This document shows, piece by piece, positions 1 to 10,395 of a stretch of DNA of 37,939 nt; the first letter of the stretch is position 1; every line of letters begins with the position of its first letter. The notes beneath the pieces are model-generated. The model was not told where the DNA came from and did no database searches. It saw only the letters and a program-made list of their open reading frames with translations. The stretch is from Candidatus Hermodarchaeota archaeon (GTDB lineage Archaea; Asgardarchaeota; Lokiarchaeia; Sigyniarchaeales; SOKP01). The position numbers and the translations under genes were made by a program. The stretch lies in NCBI GenBank assembly GCA_048885925.1, contig JBHLLG010000021.1, positions 7,537 through 45,475 of the forward strand, read 5' to 3'.

Positions 1-42
1 GGAGATGCCCAATACACTTTAGTTTTAGATAACACCTTCTAA
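1..42 (+). CDS. Possible 3' end of a gene entering the window (GDAQYTLVLDNTF*)
   Basis: Frame 1 is open from base 1 to TAA at 40-42 and is followed by AT-rich intergenic sequence; too short to assign. Confidence 0.25.
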   Translation, partial: GDAQYTLVLDNTF

Positions 43-355
43 TTTACCTCTTACTATCATTATTTACAAAACGAAACATATAATATTATTTTAATTTTGA
101 GAATTTATCATCTGTTAGAAATGAGTTTCTAAAACGAAATTAGATTAATTCTACAGACTAATTCCTTCAGAACTGATATATCTAAATTTTATTTGAATTT
201 TTGATTAATTTTCTAATATCTATTATATATTGAACACATAAAGCTCAAGATACATTTAAATACCAAATTATTATAAATTAAATTAAGCTCTTTATTGAGT
301 TATTAACTTTTATACATTTTTGGATAAAAATAAAGAAATTCAAGAGTAATTTATT

Positions 356-1459
356 ATGAAAAAATCAATTAAATATTTTTTACTTGGCATTTTTTGCTTA
401 TTTTTAATTATTCCATATTATATCCCTTTAACAAAGGCACAAGAATGGACTTATAATGGTGCTGAAACAGAAAGAATTCTAAATTTTTTTCTATATCCTT
501 CCGAAAGGTATTACTACAATTATACAGGAGGATCCCTTTTTTTTGACGAAACCTATGTACGATTTGACATAGTTAAGGGGAATATTACAGATACTTTTAT
601 GGGAATGACTTTAATTCCCGCTTTACCTCCTTTAGTTAATGGTACATGTATATTTGGTGATATTTACATGGGAAATGTTACTTCAAGAGAAGAAATTCTA
701 GCATCATCAGATTATCAATTTGTTTACTGGAATGAAACTATTGGATTAGAAACACTAAATCAATACCCTGCAATTTATATTCCTGTAGATGAATACGGAG
801 AAGCAACAGCCCAATCACTTGAAACTGCAGCTGAATCCGTTCAATGGGCTCTTAAAATAGCGGGATTTGGAAGTTTTGAACATAATGCTAGTTACTCAAG
901 TATATATTCAGTTGAACTATGGAATTCTACGTATAATAACGCCTATTACAAAATGAATTTTACTGAAAACGGACAACAAATTAATACTGAAATCTATAAT
1001 GTTCCTGATGCACCAAATATAACGTTAATCTCAAAACCAGCACAAAAGTCACCTGATTTTGTTAAACTTACGACTGAAAGCGGAGAATTTACAACAGATA
1101 CTACTGAAATCAGGTTGATTGCAAATATCACTGATGCGGATAATAATAATGATGGATTGGTTGATACGGATTATTCATACCGTATTTATAATGGAACGGA
1201 TTGGACTATATGGGCACCAGTAACAAGTGTTATTGATTATAATCTAGGTTCTGTTGAAAATGGAAGCTATGAATTTACAATGGAAGTTAAAAATATGTAT
1301 GGTGTTGTGGATGAATCTATAACAATCCAATATAATAGTGAAGAAGATGGTGTTGGAGATGAAATTATCCCGAGTTATCCAATAACAATAATTTCTTTAG
1401 TGGCTCTTTTCAGTATATCTATCATTATACTTATGAAAAGAAAAAGAATAAAGCTTTAA
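356..1459 (+). CDS. Secreted/cell-surface protein with C-terminal Loki-CTERM-like anchor
   Basis: N-terminal signal peptide (MKKSIK + hydrophobic + TKA), many N-x-S/T sequons, Ig-like C-terminal region, tail IPSYP-TM helix-KRKRIKL. Confidence 0.8.
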   Translation: MKKSIKYFLLGIFCLFLIIPYYIPLTKAQEWTYNGAETERILNFFLYPSERYYYNYTGGSLFFDETYVRFDIVKGNITDTFMGMTLIPALPPLVNGTCIFGDIYMGNVTSREEILASSDYQFVYWNETIGLETLNQYPAIYIPVDEYGEATAQSLETAAESVQWALKIAGFGSFEHNASYSSIYSVELWNSTYNNAYYKMNFTENGQQINTEIYNVPDAPNITLISKPAQKSPDFVKLTTESGEFTTDTTEIRLIANITDADNNNDGLVDTDYSYRIYNGTDWTIWAPVTSVIDYNLGSVENGSYEFTMEVKNMYGVVDESITIQYNSEEDGVGDEIIPSYPITIISLVALFSISIIILMKRKRIKL

Positions 1460-1524
1460 AGATTAATAATTAGAATTATAAAATTTCTTTTTTTTAATTT
1501 TTTCTGAATTTTTAATTAAATCCA

Positions 1525-2856
1525 TTAGAGAAAGAGATCTATAGTCTTTTGTGTTTTAATGAAGTTAATTATTTTGCTACTTTCTCTCCAATATTTATAA
1601 TCAACCATGAAACCGTTTGCCATACTTTTCAAAGCATCATTAAAATTATCCATAATAACTGGTTGGCTGATCCACATAGCATTATTAACCGTCTCTCTTA
1701 TTACCCATACTCCCAAAGGTACTACATATCCTCCTGAAACTTCCCGAAATATTAAAACTCTTGCTTGCTTTTTAATTTTATAGAGGTATTCACATACAGA
1801 TTTTCTAGCAGCATAATAAGCACCAGTGATATTACTCGCGTAAGATTTTCTTCCATGATAGAATTCATAATCCGTCATTATCTGTGGTTTGAGATTATGA
1901 ACATTTCCATTAAGTGAGATATTCCATAGCGTATTTGGAGCCCAGCATTCATTCATTTCATAGATAAATTTACCGGGAAAAAGAAGAATTTTAAAGTGAT
2001 TATCTAGATACGATGCTTCAAAGATCTGATAATCATTTATTTCTGGAAATTTTTTAATTTCTTCGATTAATGCTTTTGAAATTATATCGTCCACTGCTGT
2101 TATTGACCATCTAGTAGGAACTATTCTTCTTTTTTCACTGTCACCAAGCAATCCTGCTGAAAAGATTCTTTCAATGGTCGATTCTGGAACATTTCCTTTA
2201 AAATAAAGATATTGAGAAACTGCTTCAGATGCCTTTAAATCGGTATCTGAAACACAATAATCAACTTGTGGATGAATTTTTGTATTTTCGGTAATTTTAA
2301 TTTTTTCTGTCATTCCAGAAGGTCCTATTGGTAAAGCATGATTATCCATCATCATTCTTAGATTCATTTTTTGTAACTTCGTTTCAGTATCAACTGGTCT
2401 TGCTGCCATCGATAATTCTTGAGAGGTTTCTAGAAATCTCTGCGTTTTTAATGGAGGTGTATTCTTTCGTGATTTCTTTCCAATATTTACATTTATTTTA
2501 AAATTACTCCTCACTAAACTACTCCTATATCGGATTATATCTACCATCGGTCTACCAAACCAAAGTTCAGGAGCATCAAGTAAATGATAATCTGAAATGT
2601 TAAGTCCAGTTTCAAATTCTTGAAAGGGTACTAATGGTCCGAGATATACATTTGGATAATTGAAGCGACCAACAAAAAATCCTGGTGGGCTAGCACCGAA
2701 AATTTCAACATCTCTCCTCGTTTTATCCAATTCAAAAGGAACTAATGATTTCATTACGGACTTTTTAAGCAAGATAGGACACATTTTTTTGCCACATAAA
2801 AGTCTTGACCCTTTGCAACGAAGACAAATATTTTTTTCTGTTGGAGGTCTAACCAA
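1525..2856 (-). CDS. nreA: Archaeal DNA repair protein NreA
   Basis: N-terminal CxxCKG...LCG...CP motif, SPPGFFVGRFNYP, RRIVPTRWSITAVDD, YVVPLGVWVIRE, C-terminal PIP box QKTIDLF. Confidence 0.92.
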   Translation of the reverse strand: MVRPPTEKNICLRCKGSRLLCGKKMCPILLKKSVMKSLVPFELDKTRRDVEIFGASPPGFFVGRFNYPNVYLGPLVPFQEFETGLNISDYHLLDAPELWFGRPMVDIIRYRSSLVRSNFKINVNIGKKSRKNTPPLKTQRFLETSQELSMAARPVDTETKLQKMNLRMMMDNHALPIGPSGMTEKIKITENTKIHPQVDYCVSDTDLKASEAVSQYLYFKGNVPESTIERIFSAGLLGDSEKRRIVPTRWSITAVDDIISKALIEEIKKFPEINDYQIFEASYLDNHFKILLFPGKFIYEMNECWAPNTLWNISLNGNVHNLKPQIMTDYEFYHGRKSYASNITGAYYAARKSVCEYLYKIKKQARVLIFREVSGGYVVPLGVWVIRETVNNAMWISQPVIMDNFNDALKSMANGFMVDYKYWRESSKIINFIKTQKTIDLFL

Positions 2857-3009
2857 TCTATTCGCTCTTTAAATTTAGTATGTTCAAATAAAAAATAATT
2901 TCTCTTACTATAAAAAATGTAAAAGAGTTTAAATTTTTAATATTTATATAAAAGAAAAAAGACTTTAATTCTATTAATAGTAAATAATTGAAATAAATAT
3001 TGAAAGAGG

Positions 3010-3855
3010 ATGAACGCAAAAAAATTATATAAAAAATTGGATATAGATTTTAAGCTTGATCTCTGTAGAGACGATTGGTCTCGAATGGATTTTAATGAAT
3101 TCATTAGTAAGAATTTTAAAAAGCGTTATATGGGAATTCTATTAGATAATGCTAAGGAGATTGATGTTGTGTATACAGCAGTTTTTCCTTCTGATAATGT
3201 TTTGAATAAGATACTAGAATTAGAAAAACAGGAGGTCCTTTTAATTACTCATCATCCAATGGTGTGGGATATAAGAATAACACCCGTTTTCCAAGATATA
3301 AATCCACAACTGCTCCCTCGCTTAAAAGAACAAAAAATTTCAATATATACTATCCATGTTCCACTAGATAAAAACGGTGAATATTCAACAACCACAAATT
3401 TAGCGAAAAATTTAGGTGTAGATCCAGAAGGAGAATTTTATGAATATTTTGGTGTAAAAGTTGGAATTTATGGAAAAATTAATATAAATAATCCTGAGGA
3501 ATTAACAAATCAATTAAGCTCTAAAATAAAACATAAAGCAAAATTATGGAAGTATGGCTCTGATGAAATTAAAGATCGAAAGGTTGCTTTAGTAGCAGGA
3601 GGAGGTAATGAAATTGACATTATTCAAGAAATCATCGATTTGGGAATAAATACTTATGTAACTGGTATAACTGCTCTTAATGAGTACAGTCAAAAGGTTC
3701 ATGATTTTGAGAAACAAAATGAAATAAATGTCATTGGAGGTACTCATTATTCAACAGAGAAATTCGCATGTATCGAATTATGTAAATATTTCGAAAAATT
3801 AGATTTAAAATGTGAATTTATTGAAGACTCTCCTGTTTTGGAAGATTTAGAATAA
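3010..3855 (+). CDS. NIF3/DUF34 dinuclear metal-centre protein
   Basis: LITHHP, IYTIHVPLD and GTHYSTE metal-ligand motifs. Confidence 0.88.
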   Translation: MNAKKLYKKLDIDFKLDLCRDDWSRMDFNEFISKNFKKRYMGILLDNAKEIDVVYTAVFPSDNVLNKILELEKQEVLLITHHPMVWDIRITPVFQDINPQLLPRLKEQKISIYTIHVPLDKNGEYSTTTNLAKNLGVDPEGEFYEYFGVKVGIYGKININNPEELTNQLSSKIKHKAKLWKYGSDEIKDRKVALVAGGGNEIDIIQEIIDLGINTYVTGITALNEYSQKVHDFEKQNEINVIGGTHYSTEKFACIELCKYFEKLDLKCEFIEDSPVLEDLE

Positions 3856-3860
3856 TCTTT

Positions 3861-4292
3861 TTAATACTCCAAAACACCTATTTGCATAATCATTTTCCAT
3901 TCATTATTTACTTTAGAATATATCTTACAAACACGCCCTTTCCAATGATTTTTTTGACCCTTCTTATCAACCCATAAGGTATCAATATCAACAACTGCAA
4001 ATGCTCCATCTAATTCCTTAGAGAGTTCAATTTTCTTAATAAATCGACGATTATGTTTTAACTCATGCGTGTTAAATAAATCTAACCACCCTTTTCTCCA
4101 GCGATTATAGTCATATCTTCCCCATTCTATAACCCAATCCATTGGATCGTGAGATTGTGGTGTTCTTGGCCATGGCCAAACCATATCGGGATGAAAAACA
4201 GTCATTAATAGATCAACATCTTGCTTATTCCAAGCTGTAGTCTCTCTATTTACAATTTCTTCGATTTCTTTCCTTATGTCTTCCTTTGACAT
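3861..4292 (-). CDS. SnoaL/NTF2-like fold protein
   Basis: AWNKQDVDLLMTVFHPD and C-terminal WKMI pattern; ATG at 4292 preferred over GTG at 4301. Confidence 0.75.
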   Translation of the reverse strand: MSKEDIRKEIEEIVNRETTAWNKQDVDLLMTVFHPDMVWPWPRTPQSHDPMDWVIEWGRYDYNRWRKGWLDLFNTHELKHNRRFIKKIELSKELDGAFAVVDIDTLWVDKKGQKNHWKGRVCKIYSKVNNEWKMIMQIGVLEY

Positions 4293-4402
4293 AGATATCA
4301 CTTTATTTTAAAAAGTATGTTATAATTATAAAAATTCATTTCTAATATTATCTTAAATTATTAATATCAGCTTAAAAAAAATTATACATAATGTGAAGCA
4401 TT

Positions 4403-4948
4403 TTGATTATTAAAAGTCCTTATAATGGAACTAGCCCTAAAATTCATTCAACTGCTTTTATCGCTCCATATGTTGTAATAATTGGAGATGTAGAAATTGG
4501 CGCCTATACAAATATATGGTTTGGTGCTAAGCTAAGGGGCGATTGGGGGAAAATCACTATAGGAGAAAGAACAAGTATTCAAGAAAATGTTGTATTACAC
4601 TCTGCTCCAGGAGAAATTTGTAATATTGGAAATAATGTGAGATTAGCTCATTCATGTATGTGTCATGGTTCTTGTACTATTGGAGATTATTCTTTGGTGG
4701 GAATACATGCAACAGTTTTACAAGGTGCAAAGCTTGCAGAAGGATGCGTTTTAGGTGCGGGTTCAGTTTTAAGAGATGAAACAAAAAAACATTGTTTATA
4801 TGCTGGAGTACCAGCAACAAAAAAGAAAAAATACCCTGATCCTAAAGAAGCTAATATGGGAGCAAACTTATATGTTGAAAATGGTCAAAAATTTAAAAAA
4901 GCAGGAATAGAGCAAGAAATTCCTAATGAATTTTTATTCATAGAATAA
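4403..4948 (+). CDS. Gamma carbonic anhydrase family (YrdA/CaiE-like) hexapeptide-repeat protein
   Basis: IIGDVEIG, IWFGAKLRGD, IQENVVLH, LAHSCMCHG (three Zn-ligand His), AGVPA. Confidence 0.88.
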   Translation: MIIKSPYNGTSPKIHSTAFIAPYVVIIGDVEIGAYTNIWFGAKLRGDWGKITIGERTSIQENVVLHSAPGEICNIGNNVRLAHSCMCHGSCTIGDYSLVGIHATVLQGAKLAEGCVLGAGSVLRDETKKHCLYAGVPATKKKKYPDPKEANMGANLYVENGQKFKKAGIEQEIPNEFLFIE

Positions 4949-4966
4949 TTAGAATATAGGATTTAA

Positions 4967-5545
4967 TTATAATATTTTATCATACGCAAGCTCATGAAAT
5001 TCTAATATCTTTTTAACCATCTTCTTAAAACTGTATAAAATGTTAGTATTTTCTTTAGAAGATGTCCTGATAAAATCGCTTTCATTGTGATTTTTTAAAA
5101 ATTGCACGATAATCAAATCATCAATTTTATGTTTTTTAGCTTCCGTTTGAACTAAATCAAGTTTAGTGCCAAGTATAATCTTAGGTTGATCTTGAAGATT
5201 ATGCTCCAACAATTGAGAGTACCACCAATCTAATTTGGTGAGAGTTTCTATATTTACTAATTCAAAGACTAAAAATATTCCATTCGCTCCATTAATATAA
5301 TAATTAAAAAGTCGTTTGAACTGTTCTTGCCCCCCAAAGTCCCACAAAGATAATCTAACGAGACTTTCTTTACCATCAATTATGATCGGAATGTTATATG
5401 TGTAGAAATCAATTCCAACTGTTAGCTGAGTGTTCATATCAAAAGTATCAAAACATAATCTTCGAGCTATACAGGTTTTTCCTACAGCAGCACTACCAAT
5501 CAAGCAGATTTTGAAAATATAAGTTGGTTCTTCTCTTTCAGATAT
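4967..5545 (-). CDS. Small Ras-superfamily (Rab/Roc-like) GTPase, paralog 1
   Basis: G1 GSAAVGKT, G2 TVGIDF, G3 WDFGGQE, G4 TKLD, G5 TSSK. The frame extends upstream of the track's TTG (5503) through YIFKIC to an ATA at 5543-5545 with GGTGA 7 nt upstream. Confidence 0.88.
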   Translation of the reverse strand: MSEREEPTYIFKICLIGSAAVGKTCIARRLCFDTFDMNTQLTVGIDFYTYNIPIIIDGKESLVRLSLWDFGGQEQFKRLFNYYINGANGIFLVFELVNIETLTKLDWWYSQLLEHNLQDQPKIILGTKLDLVQTEAKKHKIDDLIIVQFLKNHNESDFIRTSSKENTNILYSFKKMVKKILEFHELAYDKIL

Positions 5546-5699
5546 AGACTTCTCACCATTAAAAATAAAGATATATAATTTAAGTATTTTAAATTTTTAA
5601 TGCTATATTTTTTTTCAATTTAATAATTATAATATAAATAATTAAAGATAGTTTTTTCAATATTTGTATAATCAATTGAAAATATTAATAGAGAAATAC

Positions 5700-6284
5700 T
5701 CAAAGTATTTTTTCATACTCTAGGTTATGATAATCTATTATTTTTTTGGTCATCTCTTTAAAAATGTCTTGAATGTTAATATTATCTCTAGAAGAAGTTG
5801 TAATGAAATCTTTTTCGTCGTGGTTGTTAAGGAACTCTTTGATAATTAACTCATCAATTTTAAATTGTTTACTCTCTTGTTCAACTAAATCGAGTTTTGT
5901 GCCAATTAAAATTTTCGGGCGATCTACCATTTTATATTCTATTAACCTATCATACCACCAATCTAGATTTATAAGACTTTGCATCTGTAATAAATCAAAT
6001 ACCAAAAAGATTCCATTCGCTCCAGTTATATAATATCTAAAAAGTGATTTGAAATGTTCCTGGCCACCAAAATCCCAGATAGAGAGTTTAATTGAGGAAT
6101 TTTTTCCATTTATAACTATTGGGATATCTTGGGTATAAAAATCTATTCCAACGGTTAATTTAGTGTCTGCGTTAAATGTATTGAAACAATATCGTCGACA
6201 AACACAAGTTTTACCTACACCTCCCGCCCCTATAAGGCATATTTTAAAGATATAGCGTTGATTTTCTTCTTTTAAAATAAACAT
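5700..6284 (-). CDS. Small Ras-superfamily (Rab/Roc-like) GTPase, paralog 2
   Basis: G1 GAGGVGKT, TVGIDF, WDFGGQE, TKLD, TSSR. Confidence 0.92.
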   Translation of the reverse strand: MFILKEENQRYIFKICLIGAGGVGKTCVCRRYCFNTFNADTKLTVGIDFYTQDIPIVINGKNSSIKLSIWDFGGQEHFKSLFRYYITGANGIFLVFDLLQMQSLINLDWWYDRLIEYKMVDRPKILIGTKLDLVEQESKQFKIDELIIKEFLNNHDEKDFITTSSRDNINIQDIFKEMTKKIIDYHNLEYEKIL

Positions 6285-6493
6285 CCACCTTTGTAAATTT
6301 AGTTATTTGATTTAATTCTATGAAATTTTTATATCTTTTTTCGTTGGTTAATGCTAGTCTTAATATCATAATAATTTTAGTCTTTTTAACATTATTTGAT
6401 TGATATAAAAATATCATAAAATTGTGATTTAATTAATAAAAAGTAGTTTTTTCTATATTCTTAAAATAAACTTATATATTAAAATAGACATTC

Positions 6494-7072
6494 TCAAAGT
6501 ATTCTGTCATACTTTAGGTTATTATAATCTAGTATCTTTTTGACCATCTCTTTAAAAATGTCTTTGATGTTGATATTCTCAGCTGAAGAGGTTTTAATAA
6601 AATCCCTTTCGCCATGATTGTCAAGAATTTCCTCAATAGTTAGCTCATCAATTCCAAATTGTTTATTTTCTTCATTAATTAAATCAAGTTTGGTACCAAT
6701 CAGAATTTTGGGGCGATCTGTAATTGCATATTCAATTAACCTATCATACCACCAATCTTAATTAACAAGACTCTGCATCTGTAATAAATCAAATACCAAA
6801 AAGATTCCATTTGCTCCATTAATATAATAGCGAAAAAGCGATTTGAAACGTTTCTGACCTCCGAAATCCCAGATAATCAGTCTAATGGAAGATTTATCTC
6901 CATCTATTATAATTGGAATATCATGAGTATAGAAATCTATTCCAACAGTTAACTTAGATACTAAGTTAAATGTATTAAGACAATATCTATGATAAATACA
7001 TGTTTTTCCTGCTCCTCCTGCACCAATAAGGCATATTTTTAGGATATAGTGATAGTCTTCTTCTTTAAATAT
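6494..7072 (-). pseudogene. Small GTPase paralog 3, interrupted by in-frame TAA (absent from ORF track)
   Basis: Hand translation gives YILKICLIGAGGAGKT...TVGIDF...WDFGGQ...QMQSLVN*DWWYDRL...GTKLD...TSSA. TAA at 6758-6760 replaces a Leu codon (CTA/TTA in the paralogs); the frame is otherwise intact to TGA at 6494-6496. Confidence 0.85.
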
Positions 7073-7235
7073 AAATCATCAACCTTAATAAATCAAGATT
7101 TCTTGCTGATTTATTATAATTTTTGTCTTATTTTTATAATAAATTCAATCTTTATAAAATATATAATTCGAAAAGAAGTTCAATTAAAAATTATCTCATA
7201 TAACTTTAATTCAAAATTAGATTAATAGATTTTAT

Positions 7236-8348
7236 TTACGTTTGAGATAATAATTCTATTAATGCTCTCGGAATTTCCTTATAATCATTTACAGCATAAA
7301 ATTTTCCTCTTCCAGCTTTAGCAATTTCTTTACATGTTCGAATGCCTTGATCAGCATCATTTTCCGCAGGCATTCCGATTACATGCAATTTTGGATACTT
7401 TTTTGCTAATTCAATGGGATCATCGCCACGATTATAATTCCCATCCGAAATTAATATACCAAAACGACTTTTTCTATTTTCTTTTATTTTATTTAATTCT
7501 TTCAATCCTTTTTCTAACCCAATACAGATATTTGTAAATCCTACTGCTTCAGAATCTAAAATATCATCAATAATCGAGGTAATTAACTTTTTTTGATTAA
7601 TTTTTTTCATAACCATTGCAGTAGAATTAAATAGTACAATTGCAAAATCTTCCTTTTCCATATTATAAGCTAAAACGGAGGTTGTAAGAGCTGCATTTAA
7701 TAATAAACGGCCATACATACTTCCACTTGTATCTAAAATTAATACTACTTTTCTTTTTTGTCGCTTTCTTTCAATTCCATAAATATCTTGGTAATTTATA
7801 TTTTTACTATAAATTTTCAATGGATTATGTTGGATTGTTTCATCAATACTAAATTCAGGCATCCCAATTTGATAAAGAGGAACAGTTTTTTTGAATTGGC
7901 CTCTAATTCCTCTACTTGTTATTTTTAAAGATAATTTTAAAATACTTTGACGAGCTAATCGCCTAAAAATTGTTTTATACTTTTCAGAAATAGGGCGCCT
8001 TATAAAAAAGTAAATTTCAGGCATTATATCTCCTGCTTCTTTAGCCTTTTCAGAGAAAAATTTAACACCTTCATCACAATTTAACGCATCAGTAGCAGCA
8101 TACACATTTGCTTTTAATAATCCCATTAAAGCTTCAATATTTTTGTACTGGATCGCTAGGTATGCCAGTTCTTTAATTTGCTTGTAATCTAGGGTATTTG
8201 CTAAATGTTTGTAATAATCAGGTTTTTTCTTCTTTTTACGGATTATTTCATATTCAAGTATTTCTCTATCTGGTTTACTTTCAGTAAGTCTTACATGCAG
8301 CCTTTTCTCAATCTCTTCAGACTCTTCCTCAGAGAAATCATCGATTAT
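7236..8348 (-). CDS. von Willebrand factor A domain protein (MoxR partner); true start uncertain
   Basis: MIDAS DTSGSM, GFTNI, ILISDG. Frame is open to 8360, 78 codons upstream of the first ATG (8126), with no ATG/GTG/TTG in that stretch. Confidence 0.85.
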   Translation of the reverse strand: MIDDFSEEESEEIEKRLHVRLTESKPDREILEYEIIRKKKKKPDYYKHLANTLDYKQIKELAYLAIQYKNIEALMGLLKANVYAATDALNCDEGVKFFSEKAKEAGDIMPEIYFFIRRPISEKYKTIFRRLARQSILKLSLKITSRGIRGQFKKTVPLYQIGMPEFSIDETIQHNPLKIYSKNINYQDIYGIERKRQKRKVVLILDTSGSMYGRLLLNAALTTSVLAYNMEKEDFAIVLFNSTAMVMKKINQKKLITSIIDDILDSEAVGFTNICIGLEKGLKELNKIKENRKSRFGILISDGNYNRGDDPIELAKKYPKLHVIGMPAENDADQGIRTCKEIAKAGRGKFYAVNDYKEIPRALIELLSQT

Positions 8349-9217
8349 TGAAAATCCGATTTATTAAGTACAGCTAAAACAATATTAGTTATAATTTCTT
8401 TCTTGGATTGGGTTAGTCCGTCTTCCAATTCAATTTTATTGTGTAATGCCATTACAGCGGCTTCAACCCAATTTTTAGCACTATTATCATTATCATATTG
8501 ACAGATTAAAGTTGCTAAATCTATAGCCCCTCTAATACTGCTCCCTCGCCGAATAGCAGTTGTTTCTCTTGTTGTCTGAATAATCTTTTGGGAAATTAAA
8601 GCTATTTTATTGGCATTCCCATTTTCTAATTTCGCTTCTTGCTTAATAATTAATACTTCTTCTTCAGGAATTTGATAATCAAGATTTATCCACACAAAAC
8701 GGTCTTTTAGGGCTTCACCAAGTACTGTAACTCCTATATGAGCTCTAGGATTAAGCGTTGCTATCACAAAAAAATCTTTATGTGTCTTAATAGTTTTTAA
8801 TTTAGAAATTTCGAGTATACCTTCATCTAATGCGGTTAATAAAGAATTCTGTGTATTTTCGGGCATCCTATTTATCTCATTTATGAATAAACAACCGCCT
8901 CTCAACATTGCCAAAGCTAATGGACCATATCTGTAAGAATCTTCAATATATCCTTTTGCGATTACTAAAGGGGGATCAAAGTACCCAACAAGATTATGGG
9001 GTAGTAATTCTTCGCTACAATCAACACGAAAAAATTTAGAATCGAAATATTCAGCCACTACTTTCGCTAAAGTAGTTTTTCCAACGCCCACTTCTCCTTC
9101 AATTAATATATTTTTTCCTACTGAATGCGCTAAAATAATTTGTTTTAACTCTTCGGATCTACCAATTATTTTAAATTTTTCTTGTATTTCTTTTACTATT
9201 TTGGTTGTATCAACCAT
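8345..9217 (-). CDS. MoxR-family AAA+ ATPase
   Basis: IIGR, Walker A GEVGVGKT, Walker B variant LFINEINR, QNSLLTALDEG, ATLNP, ALKDRF, SIRG. Confidence 0.9.
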   Translation of the reverse strand: MVDTTKIVKEIQEKFKIIGRSEELKQIILAHSVGKNILIEGEVGVGKTTLAKVVAEYFDSKFFRVDCSEELLPHNLVGYFDPPLVIAKGYIEDSYRYGPLALAMLRGGCLFINEINRMPENTQNSLLTALDEGILEISKLKTIKTHKDFFVIATLNPRAHIGVTVLGEALKDRFVWINLDYQIPEEEVLIIKQEAKLENGNANKIALISQKIIQTTRETTAIRRGSSIRGAIDLATLICQYDNDNSAKNWVEAAVMALHNKIELEDGLTQSKKEIITNIVLAVLNKSDFQ

Positions 9218-9353
9218 AATTTTAAGAGTTAAACATTTTTAAAATAATTTTAGATTGTAAAAGATAATTATTATAGATAATAAAATCCGTAATAGCTTTT
9301 AAAAAAATAAAATAAAGTAAGAAATTAAATAACCTCCTTCTTTTTGATAATTT

Positions 9354-10370
9354 ATGGAAGAAAAAACATATAAGGTTATTTATGTTGTTGGATTAGCATT
9401 AACAGCTGCGATAATGCTTTGGGTTTTAATTTTTGGAATCTTAACTTTGAATATCACATTTCTTATCTTCTTCTGGGTTATTATGTTTCTTTCCGGTTTT
9501 GGTTTAGTTTTAGGTATTGCTAATGGATTTTTACTTCTGATGGATAAGCTTAGCGATAAACTAAGTAAAAAGGGAACTAAATTTCTGATTATTATAGAAA
9601 TTATAATTCCTGCAATTTTAATTGGATATGCTATATATAAAATATTTACTAGTTACTTACAAGAAACTTCATTAACTCAATCTGGTATTTGGTTTTGGTT
9701 AGATAAAATACTTTATATCTATGGAATTGTTTCCTTACTTCTAACTCTCTATATTATACCTTTAGCAAGCGAACAATTTCAAAAAGCAGTTGAATTAGGA
9801 AAGCTTTCTTTCTGGAAAAAAAAAGCTAAAAAAGTAGCAAGAGAAATTAAAAAGAAATACTTCTCTTTAAGAAAAGAATTTGCAAGGGCACAAGTACAAG
9901 ATCAAATGACTGTAAAAGATATATTAGATTTATGGCGTAATAAGTTCGCGGTAAATCTTTTACTTATATTAGCAGTAGGAACGTTGATCTTTACTCCAAT
10001 AGCTTTTATATGTGTTATGTATTGGTTGCATTTATATATTTTTTTTAGAATTCAAACTCGCCTTTGGGAAAAAGGATTATTATTAATAGGAATGGTTTGG
10101 ATTGGATTAGTCGCAATAATTTCACCCTTTTTACCATTTCTACATTTAGGAATTTATGAAACAATAGATCCCTATTATTGGACGGTTAATATATTTTATT
10201 TGATAGGAATCTCCTTAGCTACATTTATTTTTATTAAAAAATTGCTAAATCTACAGGGTATTACAATAACAGCTTTAAAGATGAAAAGCAAAGATAAGAA
10301 GATTCAAAAACTTAAAGAAGAGAAAGAAGTATTAGAAAAACAATTAAAAGAAAAAAATTCTAATAATTAA
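9354..10370 (+). CDS. Multi-pass membrane protein, unknown function
   Basis: About 7-8 hydrophobic segments, basic cytoplasmic loop, C-terminal coiled coil. Confidence 0.75.
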   Translation: MEEKTYKVIYVVGLALTAAIMLWVLIFGILTLNITFLIFFWVIMFLSGFGLVLGIANGFLLLMDKLSDKLSKKGTKFLIIIEIIIPAILIGYAIYKIFTSYLQETSLTQSGIWFWLDKILYIYGIVSLLLTLYIIPLASEQFQKAVELGKLSFWKKKAKKVAREIKKKYFSLRKEFARAQVQDQMTVKDILDLWRNKFAVNLLLILAVGTLIFTPIAFICVMYWLHLYIFFRIQTRLWEKGLLLIGMVWIGLVAIISPFLPFLHLGIYETIDPYYWTVNIFYLIGISLATFIFIKKLLNLQGITITALKMKSKDKKIQKLKEEKEVLEKQLKEKNSNN

Positions 10371-10395
10371 TTCTATTTCTAAAATAAAAAAGAAG

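Noticed and set aside
6401-6416. Palindrome TGATAT-AAAA-ATATCA upstream of GTPase 2
   Set aside because: Single AT-rich instance, not repeated before the other paralogs
6758-6760. Stop-codon recoding (Sec/Pyl) in GTPase 3
   Set aside because: The codon is TAA, aligns with Leu in the paralogs, and TAA is the common true stop in this window
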